DNA of 64,000 nucleotides from Chthoniobacterales bacterium (GTDB taxonomy: Bacteria > Verrucomicrobiota > Verrucomicrobiia > Chthoniobacterales > UBA10450). Made by a program: the position numbers and the translations under genes. The stretch lies in contig JBBRYI010000003.1 of assembly GCA_038237805.1 (NCBI GenBank), positions 183,594-247,593 on the forward strand, read 5' to 3'. Under the pieces are notes generated by a model that worked only from the letters and a program-made list of their open reading frames with translations, had not been told where the DNA came from and made no database searches. Each line of letters opens with the position of its first letter. Positions within the stretch are counted from its first letter, which is position 1. Shown in pieces: positions 20,778-31,038 of this stretch.

Positions 20778-21596
20778 ATGCGCGAGTTAGAACTTTCGAG
20801 GGTTGCGTGGGAGGCATTCGCAAAACAAGATCCTCTTTGGGCTATTCTTACCGATAGCGACAAATCGAATCGTCGTTGGAACACCGAGGATTTCTTTGCG
20901 AGCGGGCGCAAGGAGATTTCTGCCGTCTTACATTATTTGGTCTCAACTGGCCTTCCATTCCGATCGGAAAATAGCATAGCACTGGACTTTGGTTGTGGTG
21001 TGGGGCGTCTTACTCAGGCACTGGCGGCGCATTATCGCTGCGTACATGGCGTGGATATCTCTGAGACAATGATAAAGGAAGCTGAACGTCTAAACAAGTT
21101 CCAGGCTAGTTGCTTTTACCATCTCAATAACTCTCCCGACCTCGCGTTGTTTGCATCAAAAACATTCGACTTTGTTTACACAAGTATCGTCTTGCAGCAC
21201 ATCCCAGTTCGTTATATACCCAGATACCTTCGCGAGATCTTTCGAGTCTTGCAGCCCGGTGGTGTTGCAATTTTTCAAATCCCCGATGTTCGTCGCGAAG
21301 ATGGCATTTCGTTATGGAGAATGTTTCGCAACAAATTACGCCTTCGAACTCGTTTGCGCGGGTTAATTCTTTACTTCCGACGAGCCAAGTCTTCGCAATC
21401 TCCGCCGATTATGGAGATGAACTATATGCGAGAGAATCGCGTGCGTAGGCTGATCCGGCAGTCAAGCTGCCGTCTTGTAGACATCCGGCTAACAAACTCT
21501 ATCGACCCGTCATTTAATGGAAACCTGCGCTTTTTAGATTCGGCGCCAGAGGACGGATTAGTTAGTAAGCAATACTGCGTAGTGAAGCCCACCTAA
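20778..21596 (+). CDS. Class I SAM-dependent methyltransferase
   Basis: Contains LDFGCGVGRLTQALA (motif I) and FDFVYTSIVLQHIP...LREIFRVLQPGGVAIFQIP. Confidence 0.7.
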   Translation: MRELELSRVAWEAFAKQDPLWAILTDSDKSNRRWNTEDFFASGRKEISAVLHYLVSTGLPFRSENSIALDFGCGVGRLTQALAAHYRCVHGVDISETMIKEAERLNKFQASCFYHLNNSPDLALFASKTFDFVYTSIVLQHIPVRYIPRYLREIFRVLQPGGVAIFQIPDVRREDGISLWRMFRNKLRLRTRLRGLILYFRRAKSSQSPPIMEMNYMRENRVRRLIRQSSCRLVDIRLTNSIDPSFNGNLRFLDSAPEDGLVSKQYCVVKPT

Positions 21597-21642
21597 TTCT
21601 CGAGGCGTGCTAGGCCGCAAGCTCACTCGCGAAACGCAAGCA

Positions 21643-22722
21643 ATGCTTTCCATTCTCTACAGTCCCGAAATCTTTTCTGCTCAGCGCGTAGGTGGTATAA
21701 GTCGCTATATCGTCGAATTGAGCCAACGTTTGCCCGCTGATCTGTGTAAGACAAGAATCGTAGCCGGAGTCCACCTCAACCAGCACCTCCACACTCTCCC
21801 GTCTCGGCCTGGGTGGTATATCCCGCGTATGGGCCCGATAGGTCGCTGGCGTCTATCATTTAACCAGATGTTATTTCGCAGAGCGATTGCCGAACATCCA
21901 ACTGCAATCATCCACAAATCTTATTATTCTGAAACTGATTATACCGATACGCATCCAGGAGTAATAACCATCCATGACATGATCGACGAACTTTTCCCTG
22001 AGCGTCCAACCGTGGTATCGCCTCTCCTAAAGCGGACAGAATGTACCCGAGCAGATGCCATCATTGCGGTTTCCGAAACGACAAAGAGGGATTTGATCAA
22101 CGCCTTCAATGTGCCGCCAGAGAAGGTTACCGTTGTTTATCACGGAGATTCATTAAGCTCAGTTAGCGAGGAGAAACCTGTTTCACAGCAACAGAATTAC
22201 GTCCTCTATGTGGGAGTACGCGAAGGATACAAAAACTTCCAACGTCTATTGCGTGCGTTTGCCGCTTCCGGTTTCTTACGAAATAATTTTTCCTTGATTG
22301 CCTTTGGTGCCGAAACGTTTTCCGAGGATGAAACGCGGCTAATCGCTGAGTTAAAATTAAATCGACAAGTCCGTCACATAACTGGAGACGATAAGAAGCT
22401 TGCTAGCTCATATCGCAATGCGACTGCGTTAATATGTCCGTCTCTATATGAAGGCTTCGGCATGCCAATTGTCGAAGCCATGGGCCAAGGTTGTCCCGTG
22501 ATTTCTTCGCGATACGGGTCGTTGCCTGAGATCGCAGGTGAAGCAGCCGCCTTTTTCGAAGCCAACGACATAGATTCAATTAGCAGCGTGATCGAGGAGA
22601 CGGTGAGTAGCCCTACACGACTTGCAGAGCTTCGTGCTCGTGGATTCGCGCGACACGAGCTGTTTAGCTGGCAAAAGTGCGCGAACGAAACCCTCGCAGT
22701 CTACGACGCCATACGCAGATAG
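21643..22722 (+). CDS. Glycosyltransferase, GT4 family
   Basis: Contains LYEGFGMPIVEAMGQGCPVISSRYGSLPEIAGEAA. Start chosen at MLSILYSPE (21643). Confidence 0.8.
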   Translation: MLSILYSPEIFSAQRVGGISRYIVELSQRLPADLCKTRIVAGVHLNQHLHTLPSRPGWYIPRMGPIGRWRLSFNQMLFRRAIAEHPTAIIHKSYYSETDYTDTHPGVITIHDMIDELFPERPTVVSPLLKRTECTRADAIIAVSETTKRDLINAFNVPPEKVTVVYHGDSLSSVSEEKPVSQQQNYVLYVGVREGYKNFQRLLRAFAASGFLRNNFSLIAFGAETFSEDETRLIAELKLNRQVRHITGDDKKLASSYRNATALICPSLYEGFGMPIVEAMGQGCPVISSRYGSLPEIAGEAAAFFEANDIDSISSVIEETVSSPTRLAELRARGFARHELFSWQKCANETLAVYDAIRR

Positions 22723-22745
22723 TTTTCGAAAAGGCATTCATTTGC

Positions 22746-23945
22746 ATGACCCGAAATAGTGGTTTCCCACGCCTGCTAGTTGTAACTGAGTTTCCTCCAA
22801 ATGCATCTGGTGGCGGACCTGCCATCGTTCGGCAGATGCTTCAGAGGTGGCCCGCAGAAAAACTGCTGTGGTGGAGCTGCCTGCCAGATTCGACAAAGAA
22901 ATTCGGGCGCGATGTTGCAGCTCATTTTGTGGCAGGCATTCCTTCCAGGTTATATCCACACATCACTCTACCGAGATTCAAAGCGTGGCTCCTAAACAGC
23001 ACTTGGCGCCACTTCGCCGCTCGACACTTAAAGAGGTCGATCAAATTGTCTAAGCCGGATGTGATCTGGGCCATCCCACATCAATGGTCAATCCTGCCAC
23101 AAGTCGAGGTACTTTGGGCGAGATCTTACCATGTCTCTATTCATGACTATCCGGACGTGCATAACTCAAGACGGAGACTAGGACTGAATGTAACTAACGA
23201 ACTAATATTGGGGATGCAGCAGCTCTATCGACTGGGAACCTCACGAGATGCAATTTCCAATGAAATGGCTGCCGACCTGGAAGCGGTAACGACAAAACCA
23301 GCAGCCCAGATTTTACACAGTGGAGTAGAACCACGGGAGCTCGCTTACCTGCAGCAAAAACGATCGTTAAAAAATCGTACAATTACGATTGCGTACGCGG
23401 GAACGATTGCTGCAAAAGAAAGCTTTGCCTTATTCGTCGCAGCCTTGAGCCAGATCCGCAAGGGATTCCCCTCTCCCATTGAACTTCATTTCTTTGGTGC
23501 GCACCGCTACGAGCAAGAGTCATGGTTTGAAAAGCAATGGATGATCGAGCACGGCAATTTAACCCCGGAGGAGTTAACGGTGAGGCTGCGTCAGTGCCAG
23601 TGGGGATTCATACCGATGGAGTTAGACGATAACAATCCACGCTACAATCGCTACAGCCTGCCTACGAAGATCGTTAGTTATTTGGCTGCAGGACTTGGAA
23701 TCATCAGTGTGGGTCATACGGCATCGACGGTAATTAGGCTTGCTCGGAGATATTCATTTGGCATTGCCATCGACGAAACCAATGCCAGCAGAATGGACGA
23801 GGTATTGATTCAAGCGCTGTCTGTTGACGATCCCTGGTCGCAGTTTGCCGAGGAAATTTTACGCTGCGCCCATCAGGAATTCGATGCCGCAAGCATGCGT
23901 GACAAACTGCACGCCATGCTGCAGTCGCAAAGGCCGGCCATTTAA
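22746..23945 (+). CDS. Hypothetical protein, possibly a GT-B-fold glycosyltransferase
   Basis: Starts MTRNSGFPRLLVVTEFPPNASGGGPAIV, which resembles the N-terminus of GT-B enzymes. There is no clear EX7E motif. Start trimmed to 22746. Confidence 0.4.
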   Translation: MTRNSGFPRLLVVTEFPPNASGGGPAIVRQMLQRWPAEKLLWWSCLPDSTKKFGRDVAAHFVAGIPSRLYPHITLPRFKAWLLNSTWRHFAARHLKRSIKLSKPDVIWAIPHQWSILPQVEVLWARSYHVSIHDYPDVHNSRRRLGLNVTNELILGMQQLYRLGTSRDAISNEMAADLEAVTTKPAAQILHSGVEPRELAYLQQKRSLKNRTITIAYAGTIAAKESFALFVAALSQIRKGFPSPIELHFFGAHRYEQESWFEKQWMIEHGNLTPEELTVRLRQCQWGFIPMELDDNNPRYNRYSLPTKIVSYLAAGLGIISVGHTASTVIRLARRYSFGIAIDETNASRMDEVLIQALSVDDPWSQFAEEILRCAHQEFDAASMRDKLHAMLQSQRPAI

Positions 23946-24511
23946 GTGACTGTTCCCAGCACCTCGGCCGGATTGCCCGCCGCAATACAATTAGAAGGGA
24001 CGCTTTTTGTTACTACACTTCCCGCCCCAATGACAGCTCCGTCGCCTATCTGCACACCTTTTAGCACAAGACACCTTGTTCCAATAAAGACATCGTTTCC
24101 GATGCTGACCGGCTTGGTTCGGGGTGATTTCAAGCCGTGCAGCGGGATTCCGTGAAAATCGGTATCAACAATTAGGCAATCGGAACCGATAAGCGTGCGA
24201 TCTCCGATCGATATTGACGTGGCGCATGAGATAACCGAACTAGTGATTCCGACTCCGTTTCCCATGATGATAGAAGCTCCTTCTTGCAAGGTGATCAGCG
24301 ACAATCGTCGTTGCGGACGAAGTGGATTGGACCAGCGAGTGGAAAAAAGCGATACCGAATTGCCTATGACGATCGTCGATCCATGCGCCACCTTGATATC
24401 GGGGAATCCGAGAATCCACGGTTTTTGCCCGACAGTAACGCCATGCATTCGCATCCAATGAGCGGCGCTCCAGTTCATGACGCGCAGGACTACGTTTTTC
24501 GAGATTGCCAT
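23942..24511 (-). CDS. Left-handed beta-helix (hexapeptide-repeat) acyl/acetyltransferase
   Basis: Contains hexapeptide repeats IGDRTLIGSDCLIV...IGNDVFIGTRCLVLKGVQIGDGAVIGAGSVV..VP.NCIAAGNPA. Confidence 0.8.
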   Translation of the reverse strand: MAISKNVVLRVMNWSAAHWMRMHGVTVGQKPWILGFPDIKVAHGSTIVIGNSVSLFSTRWSNPLRPQRRLSLITLQEGASIIMGNGVGITSSVISCATSISIGDRTLIGSDCLIVDTDFHGIPLHGLKSPRTKPVSIGNDVFIGTRCLVLKGVQIGDGAVIGAGSVVTKSVPSNCIAAGNPAEVLGTVT

Positions 24512-24562
24512 GCCACTCACACGTTGAGGGCAAATCGGCCAGGCAGCAAGCCGTAGTGCGCG

Positions 24563-25720
24563 ATGCGTGTGCTTTGGATTTGCGGTTTACCGCGAGTTGT
24601 CCAGGAAAAAGCATTAAACGGCGAAGACCATGGGGCGCATGCCGCCTGGTCGTGGATACTCGGTCACTTTCCGCCGCCGGCAGATATTGAGCTGCACATC
24701 GGGTGTTTTTGGCCTGGAGGTGATCGGACAAAGTCGTTTCAGTTTGAGGAAGTCACCTTCCATCTCGTGCCTTGTTTAAAAAAGGGACGGGCCTTGCTTC
24801 TCTTTCAGCGCGACGCGCATTACTTCAAAGAGCTTTTCGCGCAGATACGACCCGACATCGTACATGGATGGGGCACGGAAGATTCCTTCGGACTGGTAGC
24901 ACGTCGTCTCGCGCCGCGGCGACACGTCATCGGAATTCAAGGACTAATCCACGCCTGTTACAGGCATCGTCCTAAAACTTATCGAGTGCCGCTTATGTAT
25001 TTGAATGAATCGCTTACTTTAAGGAAAGCACGTTACATAGCCGCCGAGAGCCAGTACGCGTTAGACTGTGCTTCGTCGTTAGCTACCACCGCAGTTAAGA
25101 GACTGATCGAGCACCCGTTGCGTCGTGAATTTCTTGCGGCTGCGCCCTCGACGGGCCTGGCAAAAACGGTTCTCTTTGTAGGGAACATTCAAGAAGGCAA
25201 AGGAATCCTCGACGCGATCGCTGCTTTCTCCGAGGCTGCGGTCGATGAGTGGCGACTTCACGTTATCGGTCGCGGACCAGTGCCAGATGAGGACCGTATG
25301 GCTCGCCTCGTTCGTGATAGAGGGATCGGTAATCGCTTTCGTCACTCGCCAGTCATAAACGTTGCCGACCTTGTTCAAGCGATGCAAGAAAGTTCGGTTT
25401 TCATCCTTCCCACGCGAGTAGATACTGGACCAACCTCTTTGAAAGAGGCCTTGACTCTCGGTTTATGGCCGGTGTGCTACGACAACTCTGGGCCGAGAGA
25501 GTACATCCACAAATATGGGTTTGGTTCGCTGGCAAAGGATCAGGATGTCAACAATCTTGGCGTCGTGCTCAAACGTTGTTTGAATGAAATGCCGTGGAAC
25601 GATGAAAGCAAACGGACCGCATTGGCTCGCCAGACTCGCGAGGATTTCTCGCGGGAGAGGGCCTGGGAAAAGCTTACGGCATATTATACTTCGATTGTTA
25701 CCTCGGTTGTAAGTAGATGA
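24563..25720 (+). CDS. Glycosyltransferase, GT4 family
   Basis: Starts MRVLWICGLP and has GT-B C-terminal-domain features (FVGNIQEGKG, ILPTRVDTGPTSLKEALTLG). Confidence 0.7.
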   Translation: MRVLWICGLPRVVQEKALNGEDHGAHAAWSWILGHFPPPADIELHIGCFWPGGDRTKSFQFEEVTFHLVPCLKKGRALLLFQRDAHYFKELFAQIRPDIVHGWGTEDSFGLVARRLAPRRHVIGIQGLIHACYRHRPKTYRVPLMYLNESLTLRKARYIAAESQYALDCASSLATTAVKRLIEHPLRREFLAAAPSTGLAKTVLFVGNIQEGKGILDAIAAFSEAAVDEWRLHVIGRGPVPDEDRMARLVRDRGIGNRFRHSPVINVADLVQAMQESSVFILPTRVDTGPTSLKEALTLGLWPVCYDNSGPREYIHKYGFGSLAKDQDVNNLGVVLKRCLNEMPWNDESKRTALARQTREDFSRERAWEKLTAYYTSIVTSVVSR

Positions 25721-26556
25721 TCTCAATTGTTACTCCGAGCTTTGGTCAACTTGAGTGGCTTAGGTTGGCCGTCGCGTCTGTCGCCGATCAAGAGGGCATC
25801 CAAGTTGAACACATTATCCAAGACGCTGGAACGAGTGGCATCGAGACAATGTCTGAACAATTCGCCTCCGATTCGAATCATCACCTTAAGCTAGTCGTGG
25901 AACCAGACGCAGGTATGTATGATGCAATCAACCGAGGGCTACGGAGAGCAAAGGGCGAAATTTCCGCTTATTTAAACTGCGACGAACAGTACTTGCCTGA
26001 CGCCTTGTCAAAGGTAATAAACTTCTTCGACGCGCACGCCGAGGTAGACGTCCTCTTCGCGGATGTCATTCTTATAGATCAAGAGGGCCAGCCGATTTCT
26101 TATCGCCGTACTGTATTGCCAAAGCCGCGACACACTCGGTTCGCCCATCTTAATACGCTTAGTTGTGCCACTTTTTTTCGGCGTAAGCTTCTCGATCGCG
26201 GATTTTATTTCGATCCCGCTTGGAAAGTCGTTGGTGATGCTGTTTGGGTGGAGAAGCTACTTAAAGAAAACGTTCGGATGGCCACCTTACCTGAGCCCCT
26301 CGCGATCTTCACTTTCACTGGGAAAAATCAGACGAATTTACCCACGGCTGGCGAAGAAGCAGCGCGTCGAAACTCAAGCTCCGGTTTAGGAACGACGCTT
26401 CGTCGGAATGCGGCTGTAGTAGGCCACCGCATTCGTAAGGCTTCAGCTGGAGCTTACTTGAGGAGAAGGGTAGATATTTCGATTTACACCAAAAATTCGC
26501 CTACTCAGCGTAAGCGCTTTGTGTGCAAGAACCTGGGCTTCGGCTGGCCGCGCTAA
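25717..26556 (+). CDS. Glycosyltransferase, GT2 family
   Basis: Contains ISIVTPSFGQLEWLRLAVASV..Q, DAGMYDAINRG and YLNCDEQYLP (DxD-like). Confidence 0.8.
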   Translation: MISIVTPSFGQLEWLRLAVASVADQEGIQVEHIIQDAGTSGIETMSEQFASDSNHHLKLVVEPDAGMYDAINRGLRRAKGEISAYLNCDEQYLPDALSKVINFFDAHAEVDVLFADVILIDQEGQPISYRRTVLPKPRHTRFAHLNTLSCATFFRRKLLDRGFYFDPAWKVVGDAVWVEKLLKENVRMATLPEPLAIFTFTGKNQTNLPTAGEEAARRNSSSGLGTTLRRNAAVVGHRIRKASAGAYLRRRVDISIYTKNSPTQRKRFVCKNLGFGWPR

Positions 26557-26558
26557 CT

Positions 26559-27662
26559 TCAGAGCAAACTACGATATGCCTGTAACGTACGCGCGGTGCA
26601 TTCATCCCAGGAGAACCGTCTCCTCAGCAGTTGCCCCTTAGCTTCGGTTTCACTCCAATCCATCTCCAAAACGTCAAGCACCGCGTGCCGAAAGGATTCG
26701 TAGTCATGTTTGAAACCGCCAGGGCTATCAGACCCAACAATTTCTTCAACCGCAGTATCTCTAACGTATGCTACGGGTGTCCCAAGCTGATAAGCCTCAA
26801 CCGCCGGGATTCCGAAACCCTCGATTTCGGAAGGGAGCAGTAGCGCGCGGCCTTTTGCAATTAGATTATGCAGGTCCGGCGTTGGCAAAGGAGGAACGAG
26901 ACTTGTATTTTGCATTTTCGAAAACAACTCTGTTCCAGTGTTGTCCAAATCTCCCACCAACTTGAGCGCAGGGGCATCCTTTAGTTCTTTGTTGAACAAA
27001 GACCATTGTTTCAACAACCAGTTCGTAGCTTTGTGTGGAAGCTTGGAAGCTAAATGAACGACGTAATTTTCCTTGTTACTCGCATCGGTTGCCTGTCTCT
27101 TTTCAATCTCTACACCTTCATACGTAACAATAATCGGTCCGCACCTTTGCCGATGCCTTGCGCAAAACTCCAGGATCGCTTGCTTCGAAAACTCCGAAAC
27201 GGTCAAAATCAGATCCAGCTTTTTAAGGGAATCTTTCAGCGTACTCAACCAATAAGCGAAGGCGAGTCGCGAACGGGACGCAGGATGACGATCGGCGTAA
27301 AGCTGCAGCATCACATCAGGCACCGTTCCAACGGTCTTTGCCCTGACGCGAAAGCCACGAGGTAGGAAACCCTTCGGGTAATGCCAGATTTTAAATGCGT
27401 CCTGGCGTATCATGAGAGGATGAAAGTGATCAGCCAAAAGTCGTCCCGCGAGATGATGTGTCGGAAACGGTAACGTAATCCTTTTGACCCCATCTGGAAC
27501 GGGAAAGGAGGATTTCGAGGTCAGCGCTGACAGTGCTAGCGTATCGATTGCGCGCAAATGCGTAAGCAGTCCGCGGGTGTAAATAGTAATGCCTCGGCTG
27601 CGATCGCGATGCGGATTTTGATCCGCGCAATAGAAACATATTTTATTTGCGGTTGTGGTCAC
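26559..27662 (-). CDS. Glycosyltransferase, GT4 family
   Basis: Contains LLLPSEIEGFGIPAVEAYQLGTPVAYVRDTAVEEIVG. It is convergent with the GT2 gene. Confidence 0.7.
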   Translation of the reverse strand: MTTTANKICFYCADQNPHRDRSRGITIYTRGLLTHLRAIDTLALSALTSKSSFPVPDGVKRITLPFPTHHLAGRLLADHFHPLMIRQDAFKIWHYPKGFLPRGFRVRAKTVGTVPDVMLQLYADRHPASRSRLAFAYWLSTLKDSLKKLDLILTVSEFSKQAILEFCARHRQRCGPIIVTYEGVEIEKRQATDASNKENYVVHLASKLPHKATNWLLKQWSLFNKELKDAPALKLVGDLDNTGTELFSKMQNTSLVPPLPTPDLHNLIAKGRALLLPSEIEGFGIPAVEAYQLGTPVAYVRDTAVEEIVGSDSPGGFKHDYESFRHAVLDVLEMDWSETEAKGQLLRRRFSWDECTARTLQAYRSLL

Positions 27663-27761
27663 TTATTTAGACTGCGTTGCGCGTGTTCGTACGATAAAAC
27701 AAATTATGCCGTTCAAACGAGTGTCTCGTTCCATAGAGTTGAGTGATAGCGAGGATTTGTC

Positions 27762-28754
27762 ATGAAGCTGCTTATGACCGGCGGATCCGGTTTTATCGGG
27801 ACTAATGCAATTGAAGTATTTACTCAAGAAGGTTTGAGTGTGCTTGACTATTCCGTTCACCCTCCGCTGAAACCTGAACATAGTCGATGGTGGCATGCTG
27901 GCGATATCCTCGATGCGACATCGCTGCGAGCAGTTTTCGATAGCTTTCAACCGGATTGGATTATCCACCTGGCCGCACGTGCGGATTGCGATGAGAATAC
28001 AACGGTAGAGGAAGGTTATCGCGTTAATACAGAAGGCACCCAGAATGTTCTTGAAGCTATTCAAGCCACGGCTTCGGTTAAGAGAGTTATCATTACTTCC
28101 TCGCAGTTTGTCTGCGGGCCAGGGCCCTTGCCGAGAAATGATAAAGATTACTTTCCGGAAACTGTTTATGGTGCGAGTAAAGTTATTACCGAAGAGCTTA
28201 CACGGAAGGCAAAGCTCAGTTGCTGCTGGACGATCATTCGACCTACTAATGTCTGGGGCCCCTGGCATATGCGTTATCGCAGAGAGTTCTGGCATATCCT
28301 GCAACGCGGGTTGTATCTGCACCCGGGTCGCGAACCGGTGATTCGTTCGTATGGATACGTCAAGAATGTCGTTTATCAGATAAAGCGTATTCTCGAGTTA
28401 CCCGTGGACCAGGTTTCCGGAAAGACTTTTTATCTCGGCGATGCTCCGGCGGATTTGATGAAGTGGGTCGACGGGTTTTCGCGGGCGTTGGCTGGTCGTG
28501 GGGTTCGCATTGTTCCCCGACCTCTTATGCGAGCTCTGGCCCTATTAGGCGACATCCCAACTGCAATCACGGGGCGGCCCTTTTACCTCAATAGCTCCCG
28601 CTATAGGAGCATGGTTACGAACTATCGGACGCCAATGGAATCGACGTTCCAGCTTCTCGGAGAAAACCCTTACTCGCTCGAAGATGGAATTAAAGATACC
28701 GTTGAATGGTTGGGTTCGTTTCAAGGCACCGACCGAATGAGCGGCGGAGCGTAA
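27762..28754 (+). CDS. NAD-dependent sugar epimerase/dehydratase (SDR family)
   Basis: Contains MKLLMTGGSGFIGTN (Rossmann motif) and YGASKVITE (YxxxK). Confidence 0.8.
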   Translation: MKLLMTGGSGFIGTNAIEVFTQEGLSVLDYSVHPPLKPEHSRWWHAGDILDATSLRAVFDSFQPDWIIHLAARADCDENTTVEEGYRVNTEGTQNVLEAIQATASVKRVIITSSQFVCGPGPLPRNDKDYFPETVYGASKVITEELTRKAKLSCCWTIIRPTNVWGPWHMRYRREFWHILQRGLYLHPGREPVIRSYGYVKNVVYQIKRILELPVDQVSGKTFYLGDAPADLMKWVDGFSRALAGRGVRIVPRPLMRALALLGDIPTAITGRPFYLNSSRYRSMVTNYRTPMESTFQLLGENPYSLEDGIKDTVEWLGSFQGTDRMSGGA

Positions 28755-28771
28755 CGCTGGAATTTTTCTGA

Positions 28772-29533
28772 ATGAACGAGACCCTCGTTGTTTTGCTCTC
28801 ACATCAGCCGCCGGACCAGTTGGCCCGAACGCTAGCGGTTTGGCATCCTCTGCTCGAAGCAGGATCAGGGTCGATGCTGCTTGCCTATGGCGGTGACGCG
28901 GATGCTTTCTCGCAAATCGAGTTCGAACAGAAGATTTTCATCGATGACCCGCGGCTTCGGCTGCGGGATCAGCAGCGAGAACAGCAGAGCTGGAATGGTG
29001 TTCTTAATGCCACTCGGGAGTTCTTGAATCGCCATTCTGACTTCGATTACGTGTACATTGTCGAATACGACCACATTCCCTTGGTTCGCAACCTACTCCA
29101 GCGAATGATCGACCGGCTTGAGGCAGAACGTGCCGATGTCCTAGCACATCATTTACACCGGATCGACGGTACTAGTAACGCGCATTACCTATATCATTCC
29201 AGGGACAAGCGATTTCATGATTACTTCACCGCCTTGAGCTTGCGATCCAAGAAGCGCGTTATTCTTTCCATGCTTGGGACCGGATCATTTTGGAAACGCA
29301 AGGCATTCGAAAGCGTTGCCGCTCGGGAGGAACCCTTTGCTATATACGTGGAACTTTATCTTCCTACGTTGGCTCATCATCTTGGGTTCCGGATCCGGGA
29401 TATTCCGGATCAAAATAAATTCGTTATGCATTTGGGAGATCGCCATCGAGAAATCGAAACAGCGCAAAGACAGGGAGCGTGGACCTTGCACCCTGTGAAG
29501 ACATTACCTGCGGCTATGAGTCCCTTGACATGA
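28772..29533 (+). CDS. Hypothetical protein (253 aa)
   Basis: A clean ORF in the locus orientation. I recognise no motif. Confidence 0.45.
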   Translation: MNETLVVLLSHQPPDQLARTLAVWHPLLEAGSGSMLLAYGGDADAFSQIEFEQKIFIDDPRLRLRDQQREQQSWNGVLNATREFLNRHSDFDYVYIVEYDHIPLVRNLLQRMIDRLEAERADVLAHHLHRIDGTSNAHYLYHSRDKRFHDYFTALSLRSKKRVILSMLGTGSFWKRKAFESVAAREEPFAIYVELYLPTLAHHLGFRIRDIPDQNKFVMHLGDRHREIETAQRQGAWTLHPVKTLPAAMSPLT

Positions 29534-29811
29534 AAATGTTGGTCAGGTCGATCGGTCTCGCGATCATTCGCGCGGCAGGAATGAAAATCCGGGATGCCGA
29601 AAGCGGACGAATCTTAGGGCGAGTATTAATGATACCGTGGGGCGGAAAGATTCATGTGATAGGACTCCCGGAAGGCGTACGACCCTTCTTCCTCCCGCAA
29701 AAGCGGCTGACTTATTGGAAGCAGGAGATTGGCTTTACGGTGCGTCCGGCCCCGGATTTTCCGCATTTAGATCGAAACGAAACTGAGGCACGCGAATCGC
29801 TCGACACATGA
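29530..29811 (+). CDS. Hypothetical small protein (93 aa)
   Basis: MKMLVRSIG... Its ATG overlaps the stop of the preceding gene (ATGA), suggesting translational coupling. Confidence 0.35.
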   Translation: MKMLVRSIGLAIIRAAGMKIRDAESGRILGRVLMIPWGGKIHVIGLPEGVRPFFLPQKRLTYWKQEIGFTVRPAPDFPHLDRNETEARESLDT

Positions 29812-29871
29812 ACGGTGCTACGGCGGGGCGATGCTAGATCATTACAACCCAGCTGAGCTCATATTCATTTT

Positions 29872-31029
29872 ATGGCGCAGTCAAAATTCCTTATAGTCGG
29901 CGCTGGCCTTTCTGGCGCCGTCCTGGCGCGTGAGCTTGCTACCAAACTGGAATGCAAGGTGACGATCTTTGATGAACGGCCGCATATCGCCGGGAATTGT
30001 CACACTGAGCGTGACCCAGCGAGCCAGGTAATGATACACCAATACGGCCCGCATATCTTTAACACCGATCGCGAGGACGTTTGGAAATACGTTAATACTT
30101 TTGCTGAATTCCGCCCATTTGTGAATCGGGTTAAGGCCAGCACTAAGCGTGGCATATTCTCGCTTCCGATTAATCTGCACACGATTAATCAATTTTTCGG
30201 AAAGTCTTTTAACCCAACAGAAGCGCGGGAATTTATTTCGTCGCTGGGAGACAAAACTATCGGAGAACCTGCCAACTTCGAGGAGCAGGCACTGAAATTT
30301 CTAGGGCGGGAACTCTACGAGGCCTTCTTTTATGGCTATACCAAAAAGCAATGGGGATGCGAGCCGTCCGAACTGCCGGCATCAATTCTTAAACGGCTGC
30401 CCGTTCGTTTTAACTACGACGACAATTATTACAGTGTTCCTTTTCAAGGAATCCCGGCGGAAGGATATAGCGGCATGATTAGCAAGATTCTCGATCACGA
30501 TCGACTATCGGTTCGTTTGAATACGCGGTATGAACGGGGCGATGAGCGCGGTTTCGATCATCTTTTTTACACGGGCTCACTCGATGCGTTCTTCGAGCAT
30601 CAATTAGGGAGACTTGGTTATCGTACGGTAACTTTCGAGCGGATCGACGCAATCGGGGATTACCAGGGTAACGCAGTAATCAATTATCCTGGAATGGACG
30701 TGTCCCATACAAGAATCCACGAGCACAAACATTTTGCTCCCTGGGAGAATCACGAAGCTACGGTGGCTTTTCGCGAGTTTAGTAAGGAAACCGCGCCAAC
30801 CGACACCCCCTATTATCCTAAACGCCTGAAGGAAGATATCTCGCGATATCGGCAATACGTTGCCCTGGCCGAGAAAGAAAACGCAGTTTCATTTCTCGGG
30901 AGACTGGGAACATATCGTTACCTCGATATGGATCAGGTGATCGCTGAAGCGCTAGAGTTCGCTGAGCAATTCCTAGACGCTTTACACAAAGGAATGAAGC
31001 CACCGACCTTCTCTACGACGATCGTCTAA
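29872..31029 (+). CDS. glf: UDP-galactopyranose mutase
   Basis: Contains FLIVGAGLSGAVLA (FAD), YGPHIFNT, FFYGYTKKQWG and GRLGTYRYLDMD. Confidence 0.9.
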   Translation: MAQSKFLIVGAGLSGAVLARELATKLECKVTIFDERPHIAGNCHTERDPASQVMIHQYGPHIFNTDREDVWKYVNTFAEFRPFVNRVKASTKRGIFSLPINLHTINQFFGKSFNPTEAREFISSLGDKTIGEPANFEEQALKFLGRELYEAFFYGYTKKQWGCEPSELPASILKRLPVRFNYDDNYYSVPFQGIPAEGYSGMISKILDHDRLSVRLNTRYERGDERGFDHLFYTGSLDAFFEHQLGRLGYRTVTFERIDAIGDYQGNAVINYPGMDVSHTRIHEHKHFAPWENHEATVAFREFSKETAPTDTPYYPKRLKEDISRYRQYVALAEKENAVSFLGRLGTYRYLDMDQVIAEALEFAEQFLDALHKGMKPPTFSTTIV

Positions 31030-31038
31030 ACGCTGGGT

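Noticed and set aside
27663-28322. 219-aa minus-strand ORF overlapping the start of the SDR epimerase gene.
   Set aside because: The plus-strand ORF has a clean Rossmann GGSGFIG N-terminus and a YxxxK motif. The minus-strand product has no motif and would leave no room for the divergent promoter.
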